DNA of 64,000 nucleotides, from the NCBI GenBank assembly GCA_013265495.1, contig MU057887.1, positions 1,873,985 through 1,937,984 of the forward strand, given 5' to 3'. This stretch comes from Vicugna vicugna (lineage: Eukaryota). A program made the position numbers and the translations under genes. This document shows positions 1 through 11,940 of this stretch, piece after piece. The notes under the pieces are model-generated. The model worked only from the letters and a program-made list of their open reading frames with translations, was not told the DNA's origin and searched no databases. Position 1 is the first letter of the stretch. Each line of letters starts with the position of its first letter.

Positions 1-160
1 ACAGGCTCTGGGGCCAGGCAGAGAAGGGTTACGTCCCGGTGCCTGCACTGACCAGCTGTGCGGCTCTGGCCGGTCCCTTCTCTCTGGACCCGGCTTCCTC
101 TTCTATAGCGTGATGTGGCCTTTGGTGAAGTCAAAGCGGATGAGGCGTGCCAGGTGGTAA
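1..160. mobile_element. MIR SINE fragment (GC-shifted)
   Basis: ggctctggggccaggcaga..gggttacgtcccggtgcctgcactgaccagctgtg..ggcttcctcttctata follows the MIR core pattern. Confidence 0.55.
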
Positions 161-496
161 CTTCTCAGAGGTGTGGCGGTGACCACGTTTGCCAGGTAAG
201 TTGGCCGTGCGGTTTGTCACCAGGGCTGGGGCTGAGGGGGGTACTGACTGGGTCATTTTGTGTGTGTAGGGGGTGAGTGTTTGGGGGAAATATTCCCATA
301 GGATCCACTTTGCACTGTAAACGGGGGGCTGGAGCCTTCTCCTGGGTCCTGGGATGAGGACAGTTTACGAATTATCTTGTCCCATCTTGTCTCTGAGGCT
401 GGCCTGTTACCATCCCCACCTCCGGGGGAGGGTCCCGCAGCTCTCGTGTGATGGGGCCGGACTTGAGCTCGGTCACCTGGCCCCAGCCCCCCACAC

Positions 497-825
497 CTGT
501 GGCCTCCAAAGTCTGGAACTGAGTCCCCCTTCTCAGCAGAAAAAAAAAAGTTGGAGTCAATGAGCCAACATAAGTGTAATTATTCATTTATAAATTACAC
601 ACACGTATGTGCATTATGAGATATTTATAATTGAAGTGAGAAACACTGAAACAGAGATGAAGTAACTAACATATTGCTAAAGTAGTATTCAAATCTCATT
701 CTATCAACAGTACTAAAACCATTTTGTTTTCACTAAAATGTTATTAAACATTTTCTTTTAGTGAGTGCCATCTGATTGTACTTCTGTTTTGGGGGGATCT
801 TGCCTGAGAAGTTTGTGATCCTGTG
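497..825. mobile_element. Probable non-autonomous hAT-Charlie (Charlie2-like) DNA transposon
   Basis: AT-rich block starting tgtggcctccaaa and ending aagtttgtgatcctgtg (degenerate TIR-like ends). Internal tattcatttataaattacacac resembles recalled Charlie-family MITEs. Confidence 0.4.
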
Positions 826-2528
826 ATCTGAGGGTGTGGTTCTAAGCCTTGTCACTCCCGTGCTTGGTTTTAACAACATCAGTGGTCACACAGTCTCACA
901 GACCGCGGGCCCAAGGGAGGGGAGCCTCGCCGCCGGGGCTCCCCGTCGACCGGGGTGTCCATCCTCCACCACGCACGTGAGATGCGCCGGGATGTGGCTG
1001 GTACCCCCCCCACCTTCCCAGAGATGCCGTCCCTTGTTCTTGTGGGCGACACACTCACACACACACGCACACACACAACACACGTACATGTGCACACACA
1101 AATGAGCACAAACACACTGAAACTTTCCATACAAAAGATTTTTTCACAGTTAGACAATATTTTCCCACGTGTTTTAAGCGGATAGATTAGAATTTTATAG
1201 ACAGATGAACGCACAGCAGTGCAAACGTTTCCCCAAGGCCAAGACCATTCTCAAAACATATTCGTTGCTCGGAAGGTCAGTCTCCCCCTCTCGCTGTCGA
1301 CACCATCACCTTACCTGAGTGACTCACGCATCCTGCGCACGGCTGCTGGTGGCGGGAGGTGCAGCAGGAAGGCCCGCTGCTCCCCAGCTTGGACGTGGAC
1401 AGCCTCCTCGCCTGCCCTGGCCACCCCTCCTCCTTCCCGTGGAGCAGCCTCCCCGGCCTCCCTCCTGAGGCGGCCCCTCCGGCGAGGGATCCTTCTGGAA
1501 GGCACAGGCAGCCCTGCCTCCCCTGAACAGGGGCCCTCAGGGTCATGGTGGGGTGTCTCTGAAACCTGGGTGCCCGTGGGCGACCCCTCCTTGAGCCAGG
1601 AGAGGCGTGTCCTGTGGTGTCCAGGTGGAGGAATGATGCCTGGTGGGGAGGGGATGGCGAGGACACTGCTCCCTGGGCGGGGCTGCGTGGCCGGGGGCGG
1701 GGGTGACCTGATCGTGCACCTGGGCCGGCGGACCCGGGTCAGCAGGGCAGGCGGACCTGGCTCTTGGCCAGAGAGTCAAGAATGTTCCAAGTTGCTTTTA
1801 GTTACCTTCTGGCTCTTTCTGTGGGGCTGTCTAGACAATGTCCTGTCTCCCCTCTGCGGAGATCTGGTTGGAGTCTTCCAGCAACACCACCATGGTTTTA
1901 AAATACGTCCCCCACATTCTTAGATCTTCTCACTTCAAAGGACAGAGCCCGGTCTGCTCCCTTGAGTGTGGCTGGACGCAGCGAGTCACTTCTGATGGCG
2001 GAGCGCGGCAGAGGGGCGGTGGGGACCTGCCAGCTTCTCTCCCAGTCCTCTCTCTGGTCACTCGCTCTGGGGAGGCTGCTGCCACGTTGTGGGGACCCCA
2101 GGCCTCCTGCCACGGCCGTCTTGGAAGAGGCTCCCAGCCCCACTGGGACCATCAGCCTCCTGCCATGAGACCTGAGCCGGAACCACCCAGCCGGCCGCTC
2201 CGCCCCGCAGACTCGGTGAGATGGTCAGTGCGTGTGACGTGCTAAGCTGCTGAATTCGAGGATGGCTAACTAACACGAATAACCGGAGCTGAGGATGCTT
2301 GTCAAGCGCTTCCTGGGTCCCGGGCGCTGGGCTAGAGGACGTCTTCCGGTTCGATCTTCCCTGGCCCCGTGAGGGAGCAGACACGCGCATTGGCATCGTT
2401 TCCAGATGAAGCAGTTGAGGCACAGAACGGCGGAGAACCTGCCCCATCACACAGCCCCCGGCGCTGGGGTGGCCTTGGAACCAGGTCGGTCCTCCTCCGG
2501 AGCCTTGTTTGGAACCAGCTCGTAATAC

Positions 2529-2999
2529 TGTTAGCAGAGAGGAAGTTCGTGTCTCGTGCAGGGAAGAACTCAAGAGCGAGTCACAGTAAAGTGAAGGCAG
2601 GTTTATTCAGGGAGAGACTCTCCATGGACAGCGCGGGTGCCTCACTCAGAGGGGACAGCGGCCATGAGGTGTGGGGTGGTGTTTTTAGGGACTGGGTCAC
2701 TTCACAGGCTAATGAGTGGGAGGATGAGTCCAGCTACTTTGGGGGAGGGGTGGGGGTGTCCGGGAATTGGGCCCCGCCCACTTTGGGGCCTTTCCCGCCA
2801 GCCTGGGAACTGTCCTGGCGCCCGTGGGCGTGTTAATTGGCAGCTAATATGTTGCAGTGGGTGCATAACAAAGCTCAAGGTCACTGGACGCTGGTCTTCG
2901 CCATCTTGGGCTGAGCTGGTTCTAACCAGTGTATGTCGCATGCTCAACGGCCGTATCATTCTTTAAATGGCTGTGCCCTGCCCCCTGCCTCCCGTCTCA
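2529..2999 (-). mobile_element. ERV1-class solo LTR
   Basis: TG...CA termini (tgttagcag...cccgtctca); 4-bp flanks atac/atcc (TSD with 1 mismatch); AATAAA on minus strand (tttatt about 2602). Confidence 0.75.
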
Positions 3000-5900
3000 A
3001 TCCCCCTCTCAGTATCGCTACCTAATTCTGTGCCTGGCACTCCTACCCCCCCACCTCCCTCGGGACACAGGCCTGCTTTCCATTCCCCTGGGGGCACAGG
3101 CTGGTCACCTCCACTGAAGGCTCCTGAGATGGGCACAGAGCACGTGCTGTGCCCGCAGCGCCGCGGACACAGCTGCCTGGTCAGGGACATGGTCCCAGCC
3201 CTGTCAGGCCGTGGGATCTTGCCCGCCCTTGCTGGGCCTCAGTGGTACAACTGTAAGGTGGGAACGAGAGCCAGGGCTGAGTCTTCTCCACAGGGTGGCT
3301 CTGGAGACCAGATGAACCCGCGGGGGCTGGCGGCTAAGGGGGAGGCGGCCGCACGGCTCTCCGGGCAGGGAGGTCGGAGCGCCTGGCCCGGGGCCGCCTT
3401 ACTCAGCCTCCAAGGGCCACCCTCAAAATATGTTCATTCCCCAGTGGGTACTTCCACGCACAGGGGACTCGATGGCAGCGTGATGGTAAACCAGCAGCTC
3501 ATGACCACCAGCTCGTCTTAAAACCAAAGGCCAGGCGGTCTCCCCGGAGGGAGGACCCCACCTGTCCAGGCCCCGGCAGCCCGGGCCCCCGGTGGGCGGC
3601 GCCTCTGCCGCCCCTCCTTGAAAGTTTCGGAACTTCAGTACTCATCACAAAGCCGCCGCCTCTGCTTGTTCTGCGCGGTTCAGTGTGTTTGTCGCTGTGC
3701 TTTTAGAACGCCTCCTCCCTCAGTGTCCGAGGCACCTCCCCGGGCGCCCCATTAAATGATCAGATGCTGCTTCCGCTCCCTCTGCCGACGGCCTGGCCGC
3801 CCGGCACCCTCCAGGCGGGAAGCCCAGTCACGGTGGCTTTCCTCCTGGAGAGGAGGTGTGTGCGGAGGGGCCCGAGGTCCCCGGCGTGGCTGCCCTGGGA
3901 GCTGCCGCACGCTGCGGGCTGGGTGGGGGGCCGGGACCCTCTCTGCTGGATTCATCCTGCACCATGTTGAATGGTCCCCTGTGTTCAGTTCACAAGGAGA
4001 GAATCCCAGTGGCTGAAACGTGCATTCTGGGACTCTCTGGAGGGGGAGGGTGGGGCGGAGGGGCAGGGAGTCACAACGCAGGGAGGCCGAGGGGCAAGGG
4101 GTGGACATCGGAACAGTGTGGGGAGCTCGGGGGACAGGGAGGCTGGGCTGCCTGGGAGTCTGGCAAGGACGACCCGTTTAGGGGATAGTGGCTGTGCCCC
4201 TCCTGGCCACCCCCCTGCCCCTTCCACATCTGCTAGTGTGCGTGGGGGTCTCCAGCCCCCTCTCCCCAGGGAGGCTTCCTTTATTGACTGAGACACCATG
4301 TGCTGGCCCTGCAGCCCCCACCACCGTGACTCACGGGCACGAGTCATTTCTTTGCAGGGTGGGGGCCGAGGCCGAGGGAGACCTCCCAGCCCCGGCTGCC
4401 CACAAAGGCCCAGGGCCTCCCACTGCCCCGCACTCACCCAGGAAGGGGGGCTCCGGGCCAGCCCTTTGCTTGCGTTGGGGAGACCCTGGGCCCTGAGCCC
4501 GTGGTTTCTGCTTGGTGTTACCACGTGGTCCTGCCTGGATCTGCGTCCGGTGCGGAGCCCACCTGCAGGGGCCCTGCCTCCCGGATGCTGCCAACGGGGC
4601 CGGGCTGGGCCTGGTGGGTCCGGAGCCCAGAGCTGTCAGCCCACAGAGGTGCGCAGATGCCTTGGGAGGCCCAGGTCACTTCAGGGGAGGAGGTGGGGAC
4701 GTAAGGGTGATCAGCCTTGGGCAGGCTGCGGGCAGGGGGAGGCAGGGACCCCTCAGCTGCGGCCGCCCAGCCCCCTTGTCTGCAGGACCTCCTCCTGAGT
4801 CAGCCTTCTGCATCTGGCCGGGCGTCCCCAGGGGCCGTGGAGGAAGAGTGAGAGGCCACATCCCAGGGGCACTGTGTCCTCCCCGAGCTCTCTGCCTGTG
4901 TCCTTTCGTCGGTGCTTTGAGCTCACTTCACCCGTTTGGTCCCTGCTGCCACCTGCTACGTCCTGGGACAGAGTCACTCACCCAGCCAATGACTGGTGTG
5001 CCTGGCGCTGGGATGGGCGCCTGGGGAAATGAGTCATTGTCCCACAGCAGCTCATAGCCCAGCTGCGGGTGGAGGGGACCCCTCTGGGAGCAGACCAAGG
5101 AGCTTGAAAAGTGGTGGATTAAGAGCACGCAGGGGACTTGGACAGCCCGAGGTGGCCCTGGCCCAGCCCGTGGTCAGGAGCGGTTCCGGTGGCCACTGTA
5201 CAATGAGTGGGTGGGGCGGCCAGTCTCTGAAGATGCCACGCCTCCTGGCGGTCACACCTGCAGGAGTCCTGGACGCACCGACTCTGGGCTGGGCCTGTGG
5301 TTTCCTCTCACCAGGAGAGCGCAGCAGGAGCGCCCAGGAGGCTGTGCCCCTTCCAGGCGCGTGGAAGTCTGACTGCCTCCTGGGGTGGCCGTGGAGAGAG
5401 GGCCTGTGGCCACGGGGGAGGGATGGGGGGGGCGCAGGTGAGCGCCCTGTGACTGCAGCCGCGGGCGGGACCCTACACTCATCCAGTGGGACTGACCTAA
5501 CAGGAGAATCGAGACAATCAAGTGGTTGTTGTTTTAAGTCATGAAGTTTAAGTGTTTTGCTGTGCAGCAGTGCTTACCCAGAGGCTCGGAGACAGGGCAC
5601 CCCAGCGCAGGGAGCGGCAGCTGCCGAAGTGTGGGGACGGGTGGAAGTCATCGCAGCCTCTAAACAAAGCCTGCTCTGTCCCCTCGCGTCCAGGGGCATC
5701 GCCAGTAGTTCCCCCAGGGAGCAGCAGGGAGACGCCATTACACACTGGAGACGGTGCGCGTGGCCGGCGGAGACGCCAACACTTTTAGCTGTGTGTGTGT
5801 CCGCGCTGCCCTGGCACCAGAGGGTGTGGGGCGTGCAATCGTGGATGAGTCTGAGGCCAGCGTCCCTCTCTCCCGCTGGACCTGGAGGAAGGGGAACGCC

Positions 5901-6379
5901 TGTGTTGCTCACCGTGGCGCCCCTGGTCTCCAGCAGGGGCTGGTGACGCTCCTCCTGGCTCTGGCCCAGGGAGCGGGACACTAGGGGGCACGGGAGGCCC
6001 CTCCCAGCGCCTGCCCCTCCTGCGCTGTGCTGTCGGGTCCCTGAATGTGCCCCACACCTGGGCCTGATTTCCTCGTGGGCGGGGCTTTCCCGGAGTGAGG
6101 GGGTTGCCTGTGGGTGGGCGGGGCGGGCGGTGGTGGTCGCTGGTGGGCTTGCGTGCCCCGGTGCCCCCTTTTCTAGGATGCGGATCCCTCCTTGAGCTCT
6201 TCGTGCGCCTCGATCAGCCTGGGAAGCACTCGCTCTTGCGCCGGGGCCCCAGCTGACGGGTTCTGGAGTGCGCACTTGACCCAGCTCTGCCACTTGGTCT
6301 CCCCGAGAGGTTCTGGAGCCGCACTGAGAAGGAGGACCTGCCACGTCCCGAGTGCCCGTGCTGCCGGGGCCCCGCTGCC

Positions 6380-6835
6380 GCGCGCGCTCAGGGCTGCTCG
6401 GGGGCAGGGCGCGCGCGGAGGCGGGAAGACTGGCGGGCGGAGGGACGCCCAGACGCGCGGCGTTTGAATTTCCGGTTCCTTGTGTTCTGCGGCCCCACCC
6501 GCGCCTCCTCCTTGGGTCCTGGGAGTCGCCCCCGTGTCCGCACAACACAGTCCTAGTTCTTCCTTTCTTGATTGAGTTAGTCCGTGTACAGTGCTGTGTC
6601 AGTTTCTGGTGCACAGCGCAGTTTTCCAGTCACACACGAATATACGTGTGCTCGTTTTCATGTTCTTTTTCACCGTGAGCTACTGCGAGATCTTGAATAT
6701 ACTTCTCTGCGCTGACAGTATAAACTTGTCTCTCTGTTCTGTACACACCGACAAATCTCCAACTCCCAGTCCTAGTTTTTAAGCTGGGTTGAGCTGGGTT
6801 TCCGTGCAACCCACAGAGTCCTACTCAATGAAATA
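6380..6835 (+). mobile_element. Old MaLR (MLT1-type) LTR, heavily GC-shifted, interrupted by an L1 3' end
   Basis: 3' end aagctgggttgagctgggtttccgtgcaacccacagagtcctactcaatga matches the MLT1 terminus pattern; the upstream part is collinear but CpG-rich. Confidence 0.55.
6559..6766 (-). mobile_element. Lineage-specific L1 3' end (5'-truncated)
   Basis: Same 3'UTR as other in-window copies; flanked by direct repeat cagtcctagtt at 6548-6558 and 6767-6777 (TSD). Confidence 0.85.
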
Positions 6836-7279
6836 TTAACACACACATTTCTGTCAGACTCTGAGAGTTAACCCAAGCCATCAATTGACACTTGCATATG
6901 ACAAGACATTTGGCACAGTTTTATTGCAATCGTTCAGAATTTTAGCTCCAGAATGGTATTAATTTCTTTCACATTATGTCCACTGCTTTAGGAAAATTAT
7001 GCCCCAACTATTGGCGGAATTATTGTCCAGCAACTGCACAAAGCCTCATTTTCTCAGTAATTATTTGAACATAACTTACACGTTAATTGTCTGTTTGCTC
7101 ACTCTTGTTTCTCATGCCCCGTACAAGTTCTCTCTCCCTCGTCCTGCTGAGCTGTACCCCGCAGTCATAGTGCTCCCAGAGGGGACGGCGTGTAATGCAG
7201 TCGCCCAGTCCCCGAAAATATGTAAATACATGTGGAGCCTCATTTTGTCGGGATATGGAATTCAAGGTTTTTAAAAACA

Positions 7280-7426
7280 TTTTTTTGTTTGTTTGTTTTC
7301 GAGGAGCAGTAATTCAGGTTATTTGTTTTCTGTTTTAATGGTGATACCATGGACGGAACCCAGGGCCTCGTGCGTGCCAGGCGCGTGCCCGGCGCGTGCC
7401 CCACCACGGAGCCGCGGCCTCCCCCT
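7280..7426 (-). mobile_element. tRNA-derived SINE (camelid Vic-1-like), GC-shifted
   Basis: Reverse complement reads gggggaggccgcggctccgtggtgggg..gcacgaggccctgggttccgtcc..accattaaaa, i.e. A/B-box tRNA head plus A-rich tail. Confidence 0.75.
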
Positions 7427-7519
7427 GGGACCTGAGCTCCGAAGTCCTCCTCCTCAGGCCTCGGAGCCAGTGCTCACACTGCGTTGCAGGCAACAGTGAG
7501 CAGTGGAGTGGACCTTTAC

Positions 7520-8090
7520 TCTTTTTTTTTAAAGATGATTTATTTTCCTTTTACTCTGGAGGCTTAAAGGTCTTTCGAAGCCTTGGAGTCATCCGTTTCA
7601 GCAGGACATCTGGGCGTATGGAGAATGCACCGTTTTCCCATCATTCCTTCCTCACACGCCTGAGATCTGAAGGCACAAGCCTTTCCCGTCTCAGAGGAAC
7701 TTTTCTTCTCTAATTTCTCTAATTACATTTCCCCTCCCTTCTCTCCCGGGGGCTTCCTCTGGGTCCATCCACGTCTCTGAACCTCATCCCCACGGCTTCC
7801 AGCTCTTATGTCTCTTTATGATCCAAGAGACTTTAATGACTTCGCCTCTGATTCACCAGTTGGGGTTTCAGCCGTGTTACCCATGGCGTCTTTTGAGTTT
7901 CAGTGATTTAGTAATCATGTTTTTTAATTTCAAAGATCCCTTTCTTGCTCTGTAATCTCCCATTTAAGAAACCATGCTCAGTTCTTATTTCACGGACACA
8001 ACATCCTTCTGAGCCTCTCCGAGGACGCTAATTAGAAGTTTAAAATTCTCTTCTGTTTCCGGCATTAATCCTGTTTCATTAGGGATTAGC
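7520..8090 (-). mobile_element. HAL1/ancient L1 ORF1-region remnant
   Basis: ttcttatttcacggacacaacatccttctgagcctctccgaggacgctaattagaagtttaaaattctcttctgtttcc resembles the recalled HAL1 antisense sequence. Confidence 0.5.
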
Positions 8091-8239
8091 TGACCACCAG
8101 GTCCTGCTGGAGACGAGGCTGAGAGGATTTAAGCGCCCCACGGTGCCACTCTTTCTGTAGATCAGCGTGTTCTGTATCCATCTGGTCTGGAATGGCCTCC
8201 AGCGGTCCCAGTGGCTGCCATCAGGCTTTTCTCTCTAAC

Positions 8240-8415
8240 CAGGGGGTCAATAATTTTTTCTGTACATATTTCAGCCCTGCAGGCCACACAGCCTCTGTCA
8301 CAGCTCCTCTGCTCGGCTCTTGTGGCAGGAAAGCAGCCCTAGGCAGTGTGTACACCAGCGGTGCGGCCGTGGGCCGGCGTGACTCTACCGCGCCTGGCTG
8401 TGGCCTCGACCCCGG
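8240..8415. mobile_element. MER58-like hAT-Charlie MITE
   Basis: cagggggtcaataattttttctgta..tgcaggccacacagcctctgtcacagct..gaaagcagccctaggcagtg..gaccccgg; inverted ends cagggggtc/gaccccgg. Confidence 0.7.
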
Positions 8416-8884
8416 GCTGGGAGTGGTGGGAGCCCCCCGCCCCCGGCCTCACGGAGGCACTGGTTCTACCTGCCCGTCCTGCCTGTGTGGCCCGGCCTCG
8501 ACGCGACGCTGCCCGGTGTGGCCGAGGGGCCAGCCAGTCCCCCATCACTGCCTTCCTGTCCCTCCCCCGCCTTGTCCGCCGAGCCCTGGGGCTCGGGGGC
8601 TTCAAGGCTGACTTGCCGGGACTCCTCCAGCGCCTGGGCTGCCGTCCCCGCCGTCTCCGGCGGTCCCACCCCTGTGCCAGTCCATCTCATCCACGTTGTG
8701 TGTTTCAGAGTTTTCTCAGGTTTTCTGATTCCTAACTCATCATTTCCTGTTCCCCAATGCTGCCGTCTCTTTTCATGTTCTTAAAGTACTTATATGAGAT
8801 TTGGGGAGGAAAAAAGAGCTAAGCCTGTGGGTTTGGACCTCCATCTTGATCTGGAAGTCTCCTGGAATTCTTTTTTCCTCCTGC

Positions 8885-9000
8885 TTTTTAAAAGTAGCTT
8901 TATTGAGACGTATTTTGCATGTCGTATGATTTACCCGTTTCAAGGGTACATTTCAACGAGCTAAGTTATTTTTCCAAGTTGTGCGACGTTTTCATCACCT
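8885..9000 (-). mobile_element. Old L1 (L1M-type) 3' terminus
   Basis: agctttattgagacgtattttgcatgtcgtatgatttacccgtttcaagggtaca is typical antisense L1M 3' end. Confidence 0.6.
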
Positions 9001-9371
9001 CCTGGAACCGTTGTTGAGAGTCGATCGAGTGCGTTCCCAGTCTTCGGAGGGGTGAAGGCCTGCTGCAGGCCGCGCAGTTCGGCAGTTCATTTTCCTTTTG
9101 CTCCGGAAGCTTAGCCGTCCCGCTGAGCCTTGGAGCCGTCAGTTTCACGAGGCCCCGACCAGCGGCTGCCCATGTTAGGACCACAGCGCCGTTGTCTCTG
9201 TTGCCTTAAATGAACGTTGCAGTAGCTGGGGCGGGGGGAGGCATCCCCTCTTTCCTTCTTTTCCAAATTTCCTTTGTGATTATCTTCCGTCAGCGTGGAA
9301 TGGCCCTCCGTTTATGTAGGGAGTTACCTTCTCTGTAGAACTTAGCGTTTTTTCTTCACACAAGAACTGAA

Positions 9372-9475
9372 TTTTTTTTTAATTGAAGTACAGTCAGTGG
9401 CAATGTGTCCGTTTCCAGTGTGCAGCACAGTGTCCCAGTCCTGCGTCTACACACACAGACCGGCTTCCACATTTA
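9372..9475 (-). mobile_element. Short lineage-specific L1 3' end
   Basis: Poly-T followed by aattgaagtacagtcagtggcaatgtgtccgtttccagtgtgcagcacagtgtcccagtc, homologous to the copy at 13225. Confidence 0.8.
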
Positions 9476-10976
9476 TGAATATGTTTGTCGCAGTTCCCCC
9501 AGGAGTTACCATTTTTGTTTTCCACCTGCTGATATTTCCAGTGGACTTTTTACCCCCGTCGCAGGCGCTAGCCGGTCACTGCTACTCTGCAGGGAAACTA
9601 GAGGTTGTAAAACATCCGTTTGGAACCCAGCCAGCTTGCCGAACTGTGATTAGTTGCAGGTTGTATGTGCTTTTCTTGTAAAAATCACTTCTCAGGGGTT
9701 TTCTGGGTGTTTCTCTGTGTGTCCTCGGTGAAACTCGAAACTGTTCCTGCCTCCTTTCCCGTAATTATACCTATGAGATCTTTGGAACATCCGCTGAAAC
9801 TTCAGAAAATGGCAAAACAAGAGCGAGAACGTAGCTTCCTTGGCACATCACGGGGAGGAGCCGTGTGGCGCCGTGGTCCCTCTAGAGGTTACCTGCGTTT
9901 AGGGAAACTTTCCAGGGCTTGACCAACCGCCCTGGGGGACATCTACGGGGGAGGAGGGGGAGGCAGAAGCGCTTCCTTGCTGGACCATCAGGGAGATCGG
10001 TGTGTATCCAGCAGGTGTCGCATTCTGAAAGCACCTTGACCTGAGATGCCTGGAGTTGAGCCCCCTGGTTGGGCCATTTGTCAGTATCTGTAGCGGTTTC
10101 GTTCAGTTGGTTGAGATTTCAGGCCTTACATTGTAGAGTGGGGGGGAGGTCCCACCGCGGTTCACCTTCTCAGGGACCCTGGCTGATGGTCCTTTCTCTC
10201 TTCTAATCTTTGACCTCCGGCTCTGCCACCAGCCCACTCCTCCCCTCACCCCTTAACCCTCTGTACGCGGCTCCCACCCCCACGGCCCACAGACCCCATC
10301 ACTCAGAAGTCCCCAGTGCCCGCGGGTCTCTGAAGCCCTCCTTAGTTAAGACGCCGTATCAGGCACCGTCAGAGACCCGGACCCCTTCCCCTGCCCTGAA
10401 GCCGCCTCTCCCCTTGTCCTGCTCTGGCTTCTCCCTCAGCCGCCCGGCAGCCCCCCTCCTCCCTGGACACTCGTGCTGGGGTCCCTCAGGCCCCTCCGCC
10501 CCAGCTCGGGGTCACTTCCTCAGGCAGCAGCGCGTGCTGGCCGCCTGCGGGGTCCTTAGGGCGTGGCGCTGCGCTCAGCCGGAGACAGGTCTCTGCTCCC
10601 CGCTGTGCCTGCCACACAGCAAACCTTGTCCTCTCTCCAAGGAAGGAAGGGACCTGGCACGCACAGTAATAGGTGAGATTGGGCTGTCCTTCTCCTTGCT
10701 GTCCTGCTGCTTAAGGTTAAATGATGTTCTAACACAAATCAGGGCACTTCTTTTTTTTTTTTTTAACAGTCTGAAGCTGTTTATCTGGCACTGGAGGGAT
10801 CTGCTATGTGAAACCACCTGAACCCGGCACGGTTTGGAGGGTTTATACCGCACTTTAACATTCCCTTGCACTGTTACTCATCCTCGCGATAGTCTAGAAA
10901 TTTTGTAAGTTCTATTTTCCAAGGATAATGTCCCATTTCGTGGGGAGCTCGAAATACATTAACACAGAAGCACACA

Positions 10977-11276
10977 CAGCCGGCCCTTTGTATCAGCAGC
11001 TGTGGTGTCAACCAAAATCAGATTGAAAATGCCCGGGAAAAAATTCCAGACAGTTCCAGAAAGCAAGACTTGAACTTGCTGCTGCCGACAGCTGCTGACA
11101 TAGCCCTCACGTTGTGCCGGGTGTCACAGGTAATCTAGAGACGATTTAAAGTGCGTGAAGGATGGTGCAGGTTGCGTGCCGGTGCTCCCCCATTTTACAC
11201 GAGGGACTCGTGTGTGGGTTTTGGTATCTGCAGGGGGTCCTGGCACCAGTCCCTGATGGATGCAGAGGGACGGCTG
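10977..11276. mobile_element. Tigger3/MER7-like TcMar MITE
   Basis: Terminal inverted repeats cacagccggccctttgtatc and gatgcagagggacggctgtg match 17/20; internal taatctagagacgatttaaagt is characteristic. Confidence 0.85.
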
Positions 11277-11744
11277 TGTATTCTTATAATTTATGCATCT
11301 TGTTTGCTTTCTTTCTTCCCTTTTGAATTGCATTTTCCAGAGATTTGCCTATTTTCTCACACAAAACAAAAACGATAGAAGTCATCACAGTCATTTATCG
11401 GTGCTTTCCCTTGCTTTTCTAATTCAGTGATCTTTGCTTTTTCCCTCCTTGGTTTTTCTTGGATTTGTCTTGTTTTCTCTCTAATTGCCGTTACGCGGAT
11501 GTGCCTCAATTTGCTCACCAGTCCTGTGTGAGCACGTGTGGGTTGTTTTCAATCTGCCACGTTTTCAGACAATGAAATGTGTTCCGTGTTCATCTCCCAC
11601 ACGAGTGCGTATTTCCAGCAGAATTACCATCCGGAAGCTGTATCCATTTCTACTTTTAATGGCTTAATTTCTTTTCTCCATAGAATTGGTGTCAATTTAC
11701 ATTTCCATCAGCAATATTTTTATTTCATTTTAGTTAGCGTCACA

Positions 11745-11940
11745 TTCAACACACACTCTACCAGGCACTCGACCAATGTTAACTCACTTAACCCTCAGAG
11801 CAGCCCCCTTTACAGAAGAGGAAACTGAGGCTTAGTGGGATGAAGTGATTTTCTCATGTGTACTGAGCGGTGAAACTGAAACTCAGACCTGGACATTCCG
11901 GCCCCCAAGTTCATGCTCTTAACCGGCACAACAAGCTGCC
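11745..11940. mobile_element. MIR SINE
   Basis: cccctttacagaagaggaaactgaggcttagtgggatgaagtgattttctca core. Confidence 0.8.

Noticed and set aside
178..478. Possible hAT-Blackjack MITE (ggtgacc...ggtcacc inverted ends)
   Set aside because: Inverted match is only about 7 bp and the interior is not convincingly recognisable.
5574..6614. 346-aa minus-strand ORF, and similar long ORFs at 1219-1923, 37022-37948, 46437-47255, 49296-50126 and 63036-63806
   Set aside because: Low-complexity G/P/R/A composition, overlapping ORFs in several frames, starts or spans inside repeats, no recognisable domain. Expected stop-codon scarcity in GC-rich DNA.
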